Below, piece by piece: positions 14,195-26,830 of a stretch of 64,000 nt of DNA; positions within the stretch are counted from its first letter, which is position 1, and every line of letters begins with the position of its first letter. The DNA lies in contig OZ024743.1 of assembly GCA_964016885.1 (NCBI GenBank), positions 9,548,001 to 9,612,000 on the forward strand, in the 5' to 3' direction. Under the pieces are notes generated by a model, which saw only the letters and a list, made by a program, of their open reading frames with translations, was not told the origin of the DNA and did not search any database. Source of the DNA: Eledone cirrhosa (Eukaryota). The position numbers and the translations under genes were made by a program.

Positions 14195-15161
14195 TTCCAT
14201 GCGTAGGGGTTGGCACGAATACCGAATTGAAGATAACGAGTTTGACTTATACATCCATCTCGCTTATTCGGATTACCGAATGATGAAGCTGGCACATTAC
14301 AGCACCAGCTCCTGCAATTCTTGTACTTAATTCAGCCTCCTGCCTTCCATCACTGTCAACCCTGTTCATGAAAATAATGAACAGGGGAGGGGAGAGTACG
14401 CAGTCTTGGTAGAGTCCGACTCCCACATTGAATGGTTTCGATTTAGCACTATTTATCCGAACACAAATACTCGGGCATCCGTATAGAGACATCACGACAG
14501 AAAGACGCTGACGATCGATCCTATACACCTGCACAACCTTCCACAGCAGGTCCCGAGGTTCGCGGTCATGTGCATTTTCGAGTTCTACTCTACACAACAA
14601 AACAAGTATATACCACTTGGCAATACTTCTCCGATTCTTTGAAGACCTGTCAGAGTATGAATATTTGGTTATAAATCTTGGTTAATGACTGAAAGAATAT
14701 GATCGAGAATACAAGCTGCAAAAATTGGGTTAATTGATAGAGTGCAGAACTCGGACACCAGAGAATAATTCGAGGTAAATTCGCTATTTATCCGAATTAA
14801 GAGATCACAGCTCCGATATTATGGACATATGGTTAGAATGTCTCGCAAAGAATCGCTGGACAGATTTTACGGACAAAACCAACCGGAAGGAGACCGGTAG
14901 AGTCTGGGCAAGCTGGTTGGATAACATCTTTGAGCGTGGCTAGTCTCGCTTGGGAATAAGGCCGGATCAGTTGTAGACAGTTGCTTCTGACAGGATCAGC
15001 TGGAAGGAGTATTTGAGGACTCTGACCCCACGACCATCTCAGGAAGAAGAAGAAGAAGAAGAAGAAGAAGAAGAAGAAGAAGAAGAAGAAGAAGAAGAAG
15101 AAGAAGAAGAAGAAGAAGAAAAAGAAGAAGAAGAAGAAGAAGAAGAAGAAGAAGAAGAAGA
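14195..15161 (+). mobile_element. RTE-clade LINE 3' fragment with inverted 5' segment and (GAA)n tail
   Basis: Minus strand 14670->14195 encodes QIFIL..ELENAHDREPRDLLW..GLYQDCVLSPPLFIIFM..DGRQEAELSTRIAGAGAV..PTPTHG. Plus strand from about 14666 continues GYKSWLMTERI*SRIQAA..RSQLRYYGHMVRM. (GAA)n tail at 15043-15161. Confidence 0.8.
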
Positions 15162-15257
15162 AAACTATACATTTTTTATATAATGGTACTATGTAAGTGC
15201 AAGACAATTCTTTTCCCACTAATATATATATATATATCTATATATATGTATATATAT

Positions 15258-15902
15258 AAAATAATTAAGTCAAATATGTAAAATTTGGCTTCGTTTATTA
15301 TAAATTATAGATATACTATTATATATATTTCGGTGACAGCCATCATTGGCTGTGACCTATTCAGGCAGTCCGAATTGGTGTGGTAGAGACAGGTACACAT
15401 GTTGTTGAAGTGTGTTTTACTCCGTCAATACTCCGATATGTCCAGCTCCTGGTTGCGTTGTTATTTCTCTGAGGAACTGGAATCATATGAATTAGAACAA
15501 ACGAATTTCGGCGTCATAGAACACTCTCTCATCCCATTGGTCAGTTGTGAGAACATTCCTCAGTCAAAAGTCTATAGAAAAATTTCTATAAAAATTTCTA
15601 TAAAAATTTCTATAGGCTTTTGACTGAGGAATGTTCTCACAACTGACCAATGGGATGAGAGAGTGTCTTATGACGTCGAAATTTGTTTGTTCTAATTCAT
15701 ATGATTCCAGTTCCTCAGAGAAATAACAACGCAGCCAGGAGCTGGACATATCTCTACCACATGTGTACCTGTCTCTACCACACCAATTCGGATTGCCTGA
15801 AGAGATCACAGCCAATGATGGCTGTCACCGAAATATATATAGCAGTATATCTATAATTTATAATAAACGAAGCCAAATTTTACATATTTGATTTAATTAT
15901 TT
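15258..15902. repeat. About 645-bp fold-back palindrome (Penelope pLTR-like sequence)
   Basis: AAATAATTAAGTCAAATATG... is mirrored by ...CATATTTGATTTAATTATTT. The centre is a short AAAATTTCTATA array near 15590. Arms differ by substitutions and one indel of about 25-30 bp. Confidence 0.9.
15792..15846 (+). ncRNA. Type I hammerhead ribozyme (predicted)
   Basis: attgc-CTGAAGA-gatcacagcca atga tggctgtcacc-GAAA-tatata-TA-gcagt. Stem I 5 bp (one GU), palindromic stem III, AUA site. The mirror copy at 15315-15369 has CTGAATA and a broken stem I. Confidence 0.65.
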
Positions 15903-15982
15903 TACATTACTCCGGAGTAAACAAACCAGCCTGCGTACTTCGTCGAGTGCTCCAATCTGCATACTGATGTGTCGGTAAACAA

Positions 15983-16100
<118 letters not shown>

Positions 16101-18431
16101 ACAGAAAGGAGAGATGTGTGTGTGTGTATTTGACTGTGTGTCTGTCTGTTGAGTGACCGTTTTATTTTGTATGTACGCTATCATCCCTTCACGACTACTG
16201 GCGTATTGATTATAGTCGAAACTTAGCTGATCGACAAATATAAAGAGTATAACGATATAAATAAAAAAAATATTGGCGTCAATATGGTCGATTAAAGTTT
16301 TTCAACGTGGTGACTATTCTAATGTTTTGATCTTACTCTATTTATCCATTTTGTCTTTCGGTTAGAGCAAGATGAAAGGAATGAAGAATTGTTATTGAGA
16401 AATGCATAGAATGGGTGACGAAAGATCATTGACAATCAAATATGAGAAGTATATATCCACCCGTTTACTTCACTAACCGAGAAATCGATTGTGTGGGCCT
16501 TTATTTCCAGCAAGACCTTCCCAGATTATAGGAATATACATGTATATATATATATATCTTCAGCTCTTATATGCCCCATCACTATTGCGAACAAAGTGAC
16601 TCCAATCTAACGCTATCCAAGTACCAATCAAATTCCGTCAACATACCTATTCCCATCCGAATTGATTAAATACGCACACAAAATGTTAGGTATTTTCACA
16701 TATTTAAAATAACTGGTAACGAATGAATAATTCTAACTATTAATATAAATATTCTCACCGTCCACATTTTGCGTTCATTAAATACCGGAGGTAGGTTTTA
16801 GGGGATTTCTGAAGAGAACACTTGTAAAATTATAGACTAGAAACAAAACTTTAAATAGCTCACTTGAAATGTATGAATATTTCAATTTTGCACTTATTTC
16901 TCTTTAGTAACGTATCATTAAGTGTCAGAAAAATGTTCCAAAATAATATATTTCAAATTACTTCATGAATTCAAAATATCATTTTATATTCCGAAATATT
17001 CAGTAAAATATATCTATTTCTTACAGAAGTGTTAGATTAATAATGTACATAATATGAAGTTATTCATATCTGCCAATAATAGCGCATAGGTGTATATACG
17101 TGTAAGTAGTGCCAGCTTAACAATAAAATTATATCGTATCTTTTCGATCATCATCAATTGATCCTCATATTTACATAGTAATACTATAAATTTCAACAAT
17201 ATCTCTAATGATGTTGCTAACTGCATTCGCTTTCTCTGAATGCAAAGGTTAGGCTTAATAGAGAAGGGTAACTTCCAAAAGTTTTCTTCGCTTTTTCCAT
17301 TTCGATTGAACAAGGTATGTTCTAATTGCAGACTAATTGAGGCCTTTAACAAACGGAGCATAATGACATAGCTATTTATCCGAACAAATAGCAATTGTTC
17401 AACAGAAAATGGAAGTATTTTTTTCGTAAGATTTATAACTGTGTAGTTTTTGATCAGCTTTAATTTGGTTAGCTGCCACTTGATTCGATCTTTCGTTCAA
17501 TATTGTTCTTTATTCTTTTTAACAATCTTTGAAGTTACTAGGAATCATCTGAACATTTTCGGCCACAGAATTCCTAAATGCTTTATGCAAGTATTTTACT
17601 AGTAATATTTGTTTCCTATGCAATCAATTATAATTAGACTGTATTACTGTTAAAGGTTTCTATGAAGTAAATTCTAAAAGAATATTAAACAAATAAGCAA
17701 TTACGATTATTTTACTAATTAAATAATATGCAAAGATCAGTTTAGGTTAGCTCCTTTGCCATAATTTGACATGTTAAATTTTTCCTGTAAGAAATGAAGA
17801 TTATAATTTAGGATGGTAATATAATTAGGATTACGTAACTAAACCTCATAATAACTTAATATAATACTCTCAGCTAAGTGCATTTGGAGACAGTTTTAGA
17901 CATATTAAAATTCCTCGGTAAATCCACAAAACTACTAACAACAGTATAAAATGCATAGTTATGCTGCGTGAAATAAACAGAGACGGCTTCAACATTTCGG
18001 AGAGTGGTGCTTCACCAGAAAGACGAAAACAAATTAAAGTCAGTTGTGCAAAACAGTCATGGCAGACTCAACACGGTGAATGCAGAACAGAAGTGGAAAG
18101 AATGAAAGGGTAGAAAATACTGTTTTACAATCAAAACAGAATTTAAGTGAACATAAATGAAGGAACATGAACTGTTCGAGTGCAGATTTGTATGTCTGGG
18201 AACATATTGTGTTAGAGTATATTGGTGCGCATGAGTGTTTGTTTGTGAAGTGTCTACATATGTACGAATGTGGTTGTGTACGTATCTATACTTTTTATTT
18301 AATGATACATTAAGCTGCATTAGGTTTGCGTGCAATTGAACTTTTATTAGTGCTAACTCACTTTTATCCTCCCCCTCTCCGTTATATATATATATATATA
18401 TATACATACACACAGACACACACACACACAT

Positions 18432-18476
<45 letters not shown>

Positions 18477-18501
18477 TATAATAAACAACATAAGATAATT
18501 A

Positions 18502-18562
18502 TTTCATTTACCAGTGGTTTCTTGAAAGCAAACAAAATTTGCTTTCAGTCATCAGAATGAAA
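18502..18562 (-). ncRNA. Type I hammerhead ribozyme (predicted)
   Basis: tttcatt-CTGATGA-c tgaaagcaaa ttttg tttgctttca a-GAAA-ccactgg-TA-aatgaaa. 7-bp stem I, 10-bp stem II, canonical core, GUA site. Confidence 0.85.
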
Positions 18563-18675
18563 AAATCCTGGTGTATTATTGACAGGGGATCTTAAAAACA
18601 AAAATATAATCTATATGAAAGTGAGGCTGGAAAAGGAAGAAGGAAAGGAAAAAGAAAAAATATAAAAGTAGATAA

Positions 18676-18817
18676 ACACACATGCACACACACACACACG
18701 CACACACACATATACATACACACACATATATATATATACATATACATACACACATATATACACGTACATATATATATATATATATATCCATACATACACA
18801 TACACATAAATACACGA

Positions 18818-18866
<49 letters not shown>

Positions 18867-19225
18867 TATATATATACATACACACGTACATACACACACA
18901 TACATACACACATATATACACGCATACATACGTACACACATATATAGATATATATACACACACCTACATACGCACACACACAATTAATTATAAGAAAAAA
19001 TAAAAAACAATGAACAAACATATAATGCAATAGGCCGTCACACAAAAAAAATATACAACTTAAGAAAATAAAAATTATTATAAAGTTGACAGCGATACAG
19101 GAAAGGACACAAATAAATAAACAAACACACGTGGTAATCAATACACACATCTACACATACACATACATACATATAAATATATACATACACACACATATAC
19201 ATATACATATATATATATATATATA

Positions 19226-19264
<39 letters not shown>

Positions 19265-19283
19265 ATATATATCTATATATATA

Positions 19284-19367
<84 letters not shown>
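18676..19367. repeat. Degenerate (CA)n/(TA)n microsatellite region
   Basis: Visible directly; it produces the spurious VC/YI ORFs. Confidence 0.9.
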
Positions 19368-19368
<1 letters not shown>

Positions 19369-19445
19369 GTAGGTCCCGGGTTGAGTCGGTGATAACCACA
19401 GTAAGTAAGGTACTCAATACATGGCAGAGTAAAATTTTTTTATTT

Positions 19446-19557
19446 TATAGAAGGAGCTTCTACAGGACTAGTACTGTTTCATTCAGATGAAATCTTCAGG
19501 AAGCTGAAGATTTCATCTGAATGAAACAGTACTAGTCCTGTAGAAGCTCCTTCTATA
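19446..19557. repeat. Perfect hairpin (about 54-bp arms) duplicating the hammerhead
   Basis: TATAGAAGGAGC...TCTTCAG-gaag-CTGAAGA...GCTCCTTCTATA. Confidence 0.92.
19455..19505 (-). ncRNA. Type I hammerhead ribozyme (predicted)
   Basis: agcttc-CTGAAGA-tttcatctgaat-GAAA-cag tactagtc ctg-TA-gaagct. 6-bp stem I, ACTAGT palindrome in loop III, GUA site. Confidence 0.8.
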
Positions 19558-20131
19558 ATATATATATATATATATATATATAAGAAAATACATAAATATT
19601 ATATATATATAAAAATAAAAAGGTGGAAGGTGTAAACAAATAGTTGGGAATACGACAAATAATAAATAAATAAATAAATAGATAAAGGTATAAATGTTTA
19701 TAGCTGATTTAGAGCACTCAACAAGTTCCTAGAGCAAATAATCAATGAAAATCACTCTGTATGTAATTATGCATATACACACGCATATATATATACACAC
19801 ACAACCATAGAAATATATATATATATATATATATATATTGTTCTCCACGCTCCACATATGACTTATTATCTTCGTTTTTTCGTTCATTGCCAGAGAACGT
19901 CTCTATGCACCACCTAAGAGAACATTAGTCTACGACCTCTTTTATACCATAAACGTAGTTCTGTATTTGCGCGTAATTGTTTTTCACCGCTCCTATTAAT
20001 GACGTATTATTCGTTTTTTCCCGTTCTTTGCCAGCGAACGTTTCCACGAACCAAAGTATCGTCTTCCTGTCTTCCTCCGGTTGCAACGTTTTTTGAAATA
20101 TCCAGTTCTGCGTTTACAGATTGACTTTGTT

Positions 20132-20182
20132 AGTTTCAGAAGATCCCGTTAAGGGTGAAAGCAGCGATTCTTTGCTTAAACT
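20132..20182 (+). ncRNA. Hammerhead-like fold with CAGAAGA core (U4A variant)
   Basis: agttt-CAGAAGA-tccc gttaa gggt-GAAA-gca gcgattctt tgc-TT-aaact. A second copy at 45109 has the same variant. Confidence 0.6.
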
Positions 20183-20288
20183 TTAATCTGTTATTTTAAT
20201 AAATATTTGCTCTACGGTTCTTATATATTTGATATATATTTTCCTTATCGAGCCCTCTTTGGATTTTAGTCTTCAATTTTATTATTAT

Positions 20289-20324
<36 letters not shown>

Positions 20325-20326
<2 letters not shown>

Positions 20327-22828
20327 AAGTATGACCCCGACGGCAGAGCTCAAGCCGTTTCGACGGTTATTATATATACAAATATATATATAAATATATA
20401 TACACATACATATACATACAGATATATATAATTATATACACATATATACATATATATATATACATATATACACATATACACAACACATACATACACACAG
20501 AAATAAATGTCTATAAATAAAAAAAAAGTAGAAAGTAGGGGGGAATAAGGAAAATAAATAACATAGGAAAAAGTTTAAATATAAGGGGAGATAAGGGAGA
20601 AAAAGTATATAAGGGTACAGAAAGTCAGTTCAGAGAGTAATAAAAATCGTAGTGGATGTAAGGCGTAAAGAGCAGAGAAGAAGTTCAAGGTGGTTGAGTC
20701 ATCGTAGGAATGTCAATCCAGTTACAGACCAGATGTGATTTCAGGTGAGGACAACATCTGAAGATCTCGGTCTTGGAGTTCAGGCAAGTTGAAGTGGCTT
20801 TCAAGTTTTGTAGAATTCTAAATTTTTCAGTGGTACACAAAGAACAATTCTTTGTGTCCTTTTGGTATTCCCTCGAATGGTCTAAAATAGACCAATCGAT
20901 AGAGTAAGGGATGTTTTTATCTTTGAATTCCCACACCTTATTTGCGAAAGCCGTTGCTGTTCTTTTATCAGAGTGTTTAAAAGAAGCGACGTGTGCATAA
21001 AACCTGGATTTGAACCTGTCCTGAGTCATGCCAACATATCGTTCACTCCGGGCCTCATATACAACGGATTTAGTATTACATTTGCCCTGTAATGGGCATT
21101 CATCCAGCTTCCTGCAACTGCATCGTGGATTTATTCTCGTACGATTAGAATTGGTGATTTTGGACTTCATTGATGGGCAGCAAGAGTAACTGATTTTAAC
21201 TACATTTCTATTAAATATCTTATAATATCTATGATTAGGGGGGAAATGTTTGTCTAAGAGATTAAGGAATTTCCTTCCTACATTAGTTTTGACAGTTAGA
21301 GAGACGGGGGGGGGGGGGGTGTAAACCAAATAATTTTCCTTTTCCTATTATTGTGATTAGTTTTAGGGGGAGGAGTAGGTAAATATTTAATACGTTCTGT
21401 AAAGCCGCTGTTATTAAGGGCTTTATTATAATAAGAGGCGGCTTTGTTAAAAATGTCTAGAGACGAAGATAATGTAGAAATCCTACGGCTAATATTGGGA
21501 ATAAGATTTTTAAAAACTATGGGCGGAAGGCAAGACTCTTTGTGTATATATCTTAGATTTTCGTTAGGTTTATGATAAGGTTTAAAAGAGGCAGTAAGTA
21601 GATCAAGATTAATGTCAAAAAAGTTAGCATTGGTAAGGTTCGTATCTATAGTAATTTTAAGGTTAAGATTAGCAAAAGTATTGATTAAATCTTTTCGGAA
21701 TTTATCAAGGTTATGGCCGTTGGTGGTATGAGAAACTGCCAATCCATCGTCACGGTATAAACCGATATTATGGGAAGGAAATTTCTCTTTAAGGGTGTGG
21801 AGAAGGAATAATCTTACTAATTCACACACATCCGACTATCATGTGAACCCATTGCAACATCAAAAGAGTTTTCAGGGCCTGACTTTTTAACCCAAATACT
21901 TTCATTAGTAAAGAGTAGAGTGTTCCTAGCATGGAAGATAATGTCTTCTTCTAATTTAGAAATATTAATGAAAGGTCTTGCAAAATCTAAGGCTTTAGTT
22001 AATAAGGAAACAGTAATAGAGGGGTAAAAATCAACAATATCAAATTGGGTAAATCTACACTTATTTTTACCTTGTATATTATTAAACCAAGAAATAACAG
22101 AGGGTGTATTTAACCATTGTGATAAGTCAGTCTTAGTTCTAATTTGGAGAATTATTTTTCTTAAGATTTTTTTACTTGCAAAGCCAACTTCGGATTTAGC
22201 CGGGTTAATCAGTCTACAGCTAGGTCGATTAGTAAAGTCTAATTTATGGTCTTTAAGGGTAATATATTCTTTACGGTTAGCTAGGCTTTCAATCCGGTTG
22301 TCTATTTTTAAAGAACTAGCTAGTTCTTTAGCTTCTTTATTAATAGTATTGTAGGTATTATTGTTAGCTAATTGATATTTGTTGGTGATACTATTAGTTA
22401 AAAGTTGGTTATATGAAATACTATTAACTTCAAAGAGATTTTTAGTTTTATCGGAAAGAACAAAAGTGTTTGTAGAATTTTTAAAATTAGAAATATCGTT
22501 AGAAAGTTTAGTTTGAAAATTATTATTGTACTTACGAAATTTGATATCACTAATTAAATTAACAAGGACTAATTCGAAGTTGGCCATGTCTTTAATTCTA
22601 GGTGGGTATTTACGGGATTTTATGTTAAAACAATCATTTGTATCAGTGCCTTCCATCTCATTCTTTTAACGATTTGCTCGATTTTATCTATAAACAGTTT
22701 GGTATAAGTTGTGTTGGAAGGAGTCGGTATATTTTTGATTGAATAATCCAATTCATAAAGGTTCATGGTGTATGTTGGTTAAATTCCTGGAAACTGTAGA
22801 GTGCTCAACCAATCGGGCTGGAAAGTGC

Positions 22829-22830
<2 letters not shown>
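20325..22830 (-). mobile_element. Penelope-like retroelement (Neptune-type inferred), 5'-truncated and frameshifted
   Basis: RT plus GIY-YIG coding region flanked by (TA)n. The 3' end carries a half hammerhead (CGAAACGGC..GCCGTC-GGGGTC, 20333-20363). Confidence 0.85.
20685..22656 (-). pseudogene. PLE reverse transcriptase / GIY-YIG endonuclease in three frameshifted pieces
   Basis: RLINPAKSE, FDIVDFYPSI, AMGSHD, LYRDDGL, Cys linker CSCRKLDECPLQGKC, VVYEA..YVGMT..FKSRF..H, CSLCTTEK..LNSKTE..CPH. Frameshifts near 21830 and at the poly-G run near 21310. Confidence 0.88.
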
Positions 22831-22925
<95 letters not shown>

Positions 22926-22953
22926 GTATATATATATATATTGATATACACAC

Positions 22954-22982
<29 letters not shown>

Positions 22983-22986
<4 letters not shown>

Positions 22987-23117
22987 AACCAGTAAGACCC
23001 CGACAGCTGAGCTCAGCTGTCGGGGTCTTACTGGTTCCTATTACCCACTCTACTACCTCAAGTATTGAGTACTTTGGTGCGTTATGGTCCACCTGGTTCC
23101 TTACCACATTTCCTTCG

Positions 23118-23120
<3 letters not shown>
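22983..23120 (+). mobile_element. PLE terminal-repeat fragment with a 58-bp perfect hairpin, inverted relative to the adjacent Penelope ORF
   Basis: TAGGAACCAGTAAGACCCCGACAGCT-GAGCTC-AGCTGTCGGGGTCTTACTGGTTCCTA. Shares GTCGGGGTC with 20333-20341 and is homologous to 44928-45048. Confidence 0.7.
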
Positions 23121-23158
<38 letters not shown>

Positions 23159-23292
23159 GGTAGAACACTGTGAGGTTATATGCGTAGTAGTAGAGCGCCC
23201 AGTCCATGGGACGAGTGTGACGATCCGCAAGGTGAAACATGTGACCTCAATAAGGGTTAACTGTTGTGGAACTAATTTCTCTCTCTCTCTCT

Positions 23293-23341
<49 letters not shown>

Positions 23342-23944
23342 CTTAGGAGTATTATCAAAGAGAAAAAAAGACAACGAACGAAAACAAGGCATAACGGAAA
23401 AACCCTTTTTAAGGGGAAACATAAAAAAATTATGTTTTGAAAATAAAAATTCATACGAAAGACACAGAACTCCAGTGCTCCAGTATCATTGCGCATTGAG
23501 ATGGTACGGTAGTTCCAACCGGGGTCACGATTCTCGCACAAGTCAAAGCGCTGTCCAGTGGAGTAAGAGACGAAATACAAAACAGTAACTTATACCAATG
23601 AAGCTATGACAAGTAAACATAGAATTTTACGTGACGACAAGGAAAAGGTATCGTGCATTTATAGCACACATATGCATTTATGCATACACGCACACATATA
23701 TTGCAGTGTATTTGTGTTCAGTTATTTGGGTATTTCTATGATATGTATTCTACCGCAAAGTATCCCCCAAACACCCTCCACGAGACCTAATAACCCGAGC
23801 CGACCACAACACATTAACCATTTTCACTAGACATCTACCAATCTCATCATTAAGGCAAATCTTTTAGTCTTAACTATTGCATGATTTTAACCACATTTTT
23901 ATACTTTTGTAACCTAACGGTGTTTTTTGTTTTTTTACAGTACC

Positions 23945-24470
23945 AGCCTTGACAGTAGCCAACAGACAATAGACTACAGCATTGAAAGCCTTTATTTGTA
24001 GAGCACAGTTGTGCAGTAGTTGGGGGAATCAGGTTACATGGAAGAGCTTAGGGTACATAACTTGCAGTATTTCTCCAGCCACAACCAGATGCCGAGCAAC
24101 ATCAGAGAGTAAGAGGGCATTTCTCTTGGAACCTCCATGCGTCTTAGTGAACCATCGATATTCTGAGCAATGGCTGCAGCAGGTAGAACTTATTTGAGTA
24201 GCCAAAAGTATATTAAGAACGTTTTATGAGGAATTTTCACTGAACCAATTAACAATTTTTTGTCATCGATTTCACCTCCATCAACAATTCTATGTGACGT
24301 AACACGATGCCTTTTATCGCATTTAATATCAACGAGGCACACTTGGTAGTGCAACTGGATATTGTGAGTCAAAACAAATTCATTTGAGAATTTCTCTGTA
24401 ACTTCAAGGGCGTTTGCCTTCTGAATGATTTTTGCCTTTGATATATGAGCTAAAAAGAACCTCATAATAA
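23945..24470 (-). pseudogene. Degraded hAT-like (DUF659/CGGBP-type) transposase fragment
   Basis: IVDGGEIDDKKLLIGSVKIP, then after a frameshift LSDVARHLVVAGEILQVMYPKLFHVT*FPQLLHNCA. This matches the recalled motif SDAAxYMxKAG..YPKxxHVTCxAHxLH. Confidence 0.6.
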
Positions 24471-25579
24471 TCAGGAGTAAAATTACTTGAAACAGGGAAG
24501 AAACAGCTCGAGAAAGCAATGACAAGAGAAATCCACAATCAACTGCAAAAATATCCACCAATGCAACAGCGAAAGTAAATGATTCAATTCAATTGATCAC
24601 AGATAAAATATTACATAATATTTAACAACAAATTTAAATGATACATAAAAAATATATATCGAAATATTATTGAGAAACAGCTAGTATCCTGTATATTTAC
24701 GTATAGTGTAAAGAATAGCAAGAAAAAGTATACTTTCAATGGTAAATTTAAAATTCTTATAATAACAGGTGCAGAGAATTACAATTGGATAGTAATAAAT
24801 AATTTTAATCCCAAATAGGCTCGGATCAGAAGAAAAAATGCATATAAGCAATGTTAGCTATCGATATCTATGACCAATAACCAATATTGGTAAAAGTACA
24901 TCAAAGTAGGAAATTTGTCTTACAGAAAAACTATACAGACTTTCGCTCTTGTTCAAATAACTGAACACACATGGTGTCCAATAATTTTCAACATCGAATG
25001 GTAAAACAAAATATAGGGTGCGCTAAAAATGGCTTCGAAGCGGTAATCCAATAAAACAGCTCTACTAAAATATATTGTTTAGTATTAATAAATACATAAA
25101 CATATATATAAATGTATTTCATTATTCTTTTCAGTATATTCTAGACAGTTTGTTTTTGATGAAATTTCATTTTTTTTAACTATTGCATGATTTTAACTTT
25201 ATTCCATGATTTTAGTTTTATTAACTTTCAAAAGTGATTCATTACGATGATTTAAAAAAAAAAGCTTTTCATCTTTGGTTTTAACCTTGACATAAACATT
25301 TGTATGAAGTTTACTTTTTTGGCAAAAACCTTCTTTACTTCTCACGTGTCTTCCTCCCAAGATGCACATGACTAACAACATTGGCTAACTCAATGTCTCA
25401 GTTGCAAGTACTGCACTGAAACATTTCTAGATAGCTCGACTAGCTCTTTATACCGTAGCGTTTCTATCATCAATTCATGACACTAACTACCCACATTGTT
25501 TCTAACGTTTTCTATATGAATATCAAGTCCCTTTATGCGATGATCCCATAGCTCACAAATACTTTGTCATCATTGTGCT

Positions 25580-26830
25580 ACCAGAACTTATTTTCACTCT
25601 CAGCAGTGTCTCGTACATCTCCAGAGACATATTTCAACAGATCAGTATGGTAACTAGGGCACCAGGGGCAGCAGGAATTGACAATAACTAAGCCTATATG
25701 CTTGTTGATAACTTTGTATCGCGAATCGTCTTCCAGTTCATCATCCCCATATACAGTCATCACAGGGAGGGCTATGACGGATCCACATTCCCTATCCTTT
25801 CGCAGTTCCACTCCGCGGTCGCTCTACACTTTACCGTCCTTTTCTATTTCCACTATCACTGTAAACTTTATGACCTCCTTAACCTCACCACCACTGTCAT
25901 TCACAAAGCCACTACTCTTGAATTCACCTCATCCCACTCAACTCACATCTAAACCATTATCTCCTAAATTTTTCAACAGCAAGATTGCCATTACTAAACG
26001 TTAACGTTGAACAACCTCCCACCTGTATCATTGAGGAAAGTAACTAATTACAGAAGCAGCTTTAGTTATGAGTAATTGGTAGGCGAATCCCATCCCGCAA
26101 AGATGATAAAATTGGCTTTGCCGGGAATCAAGAGTACTAGTTATAGTTTAGAAGGTGACAGAGTCTTTATGATGTACTAAAGATTCAATCATTCTAGGCC
26201 TATAAGTGTTACTGCTGCAGGAATTGATACACCGAGTAAAATCCAATTAGTAAATAATTCGGATTGGGGAAATACAGAGCTTCCGTTGGGGAATGACTGC
26301 AATAGTCATGAGCGTTTATGTATATTGAAGTCACTGGGAACGGTCACTTAAGAGTGAAGAGGCGTGAGATAAATACTGTCAATGCACGATAATTTTAGAG
26401 GTGTTTATGGGTAAAGAAATCAGCTGATCAGAAGAGACAAGAGATAATATTAAAGGACTGACTTAGTTGCTGAAATTTAAATAAGAGATGTTAATGAAGA
26501 GGAGGATGGCTTCGTCATACATGCAGACATCATATTGGAATAGGTGTAGCCTAAGGCAGGGGGTGAGATGTGTGTCTCATAGAAGAACAGGATTTTAAAG
26601 ATGTGACAAGTAGAGTACAGGCACGATTCACTCTGAACATGGTGCTATATATGAGGAAAGATTGTTTAGCACATTAATGGTGATTTTAATTAATTCTAGT
26701 TCTCATGTGGTTTACATTTGATGTAGATTTATAGTGGAGAGTGAGAGGTTACAAGGGTTCATCAGATGCTGCAAGCAAAACACTTTAATCTTGAACATTA
26801 GTCAGGCTGTTGTAAATGGCTGCGGGTAGG
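25580..26830. mobile_element. Highly degraded LINE remnants
   Basis: Minus-strand RKDRECGSV (APE-like RxDRxxGGV) and plus-strand SRPISVT and LRQG fragments. Very decayed. Confidence 0.3.

Noticed and set aside
14833-15219. Poly-Phe ORF
   Set aside because: Reverse translation of the (GAA)n RTE tail.
15624-15690. CTGAGGA...CGAAA second hammerhead in the palindrome
   Set aside because: No convincing stem I or stem III.
23213-23248. GTGACGA-tccgcaaggt-GAAA-catg-TG hammerhead-like motif
   Set aside because: G at positions 3 and 17 and poor stem I. Possibly a decayed ribozyme, but not supportable as a feature.
23920-24200. Polypyrimidine-CAG splice acceptor and plus-strand exon
   Set aside because: Better explained by the minus-strand hAT-like transposase remnant, and the plus frames have stops.
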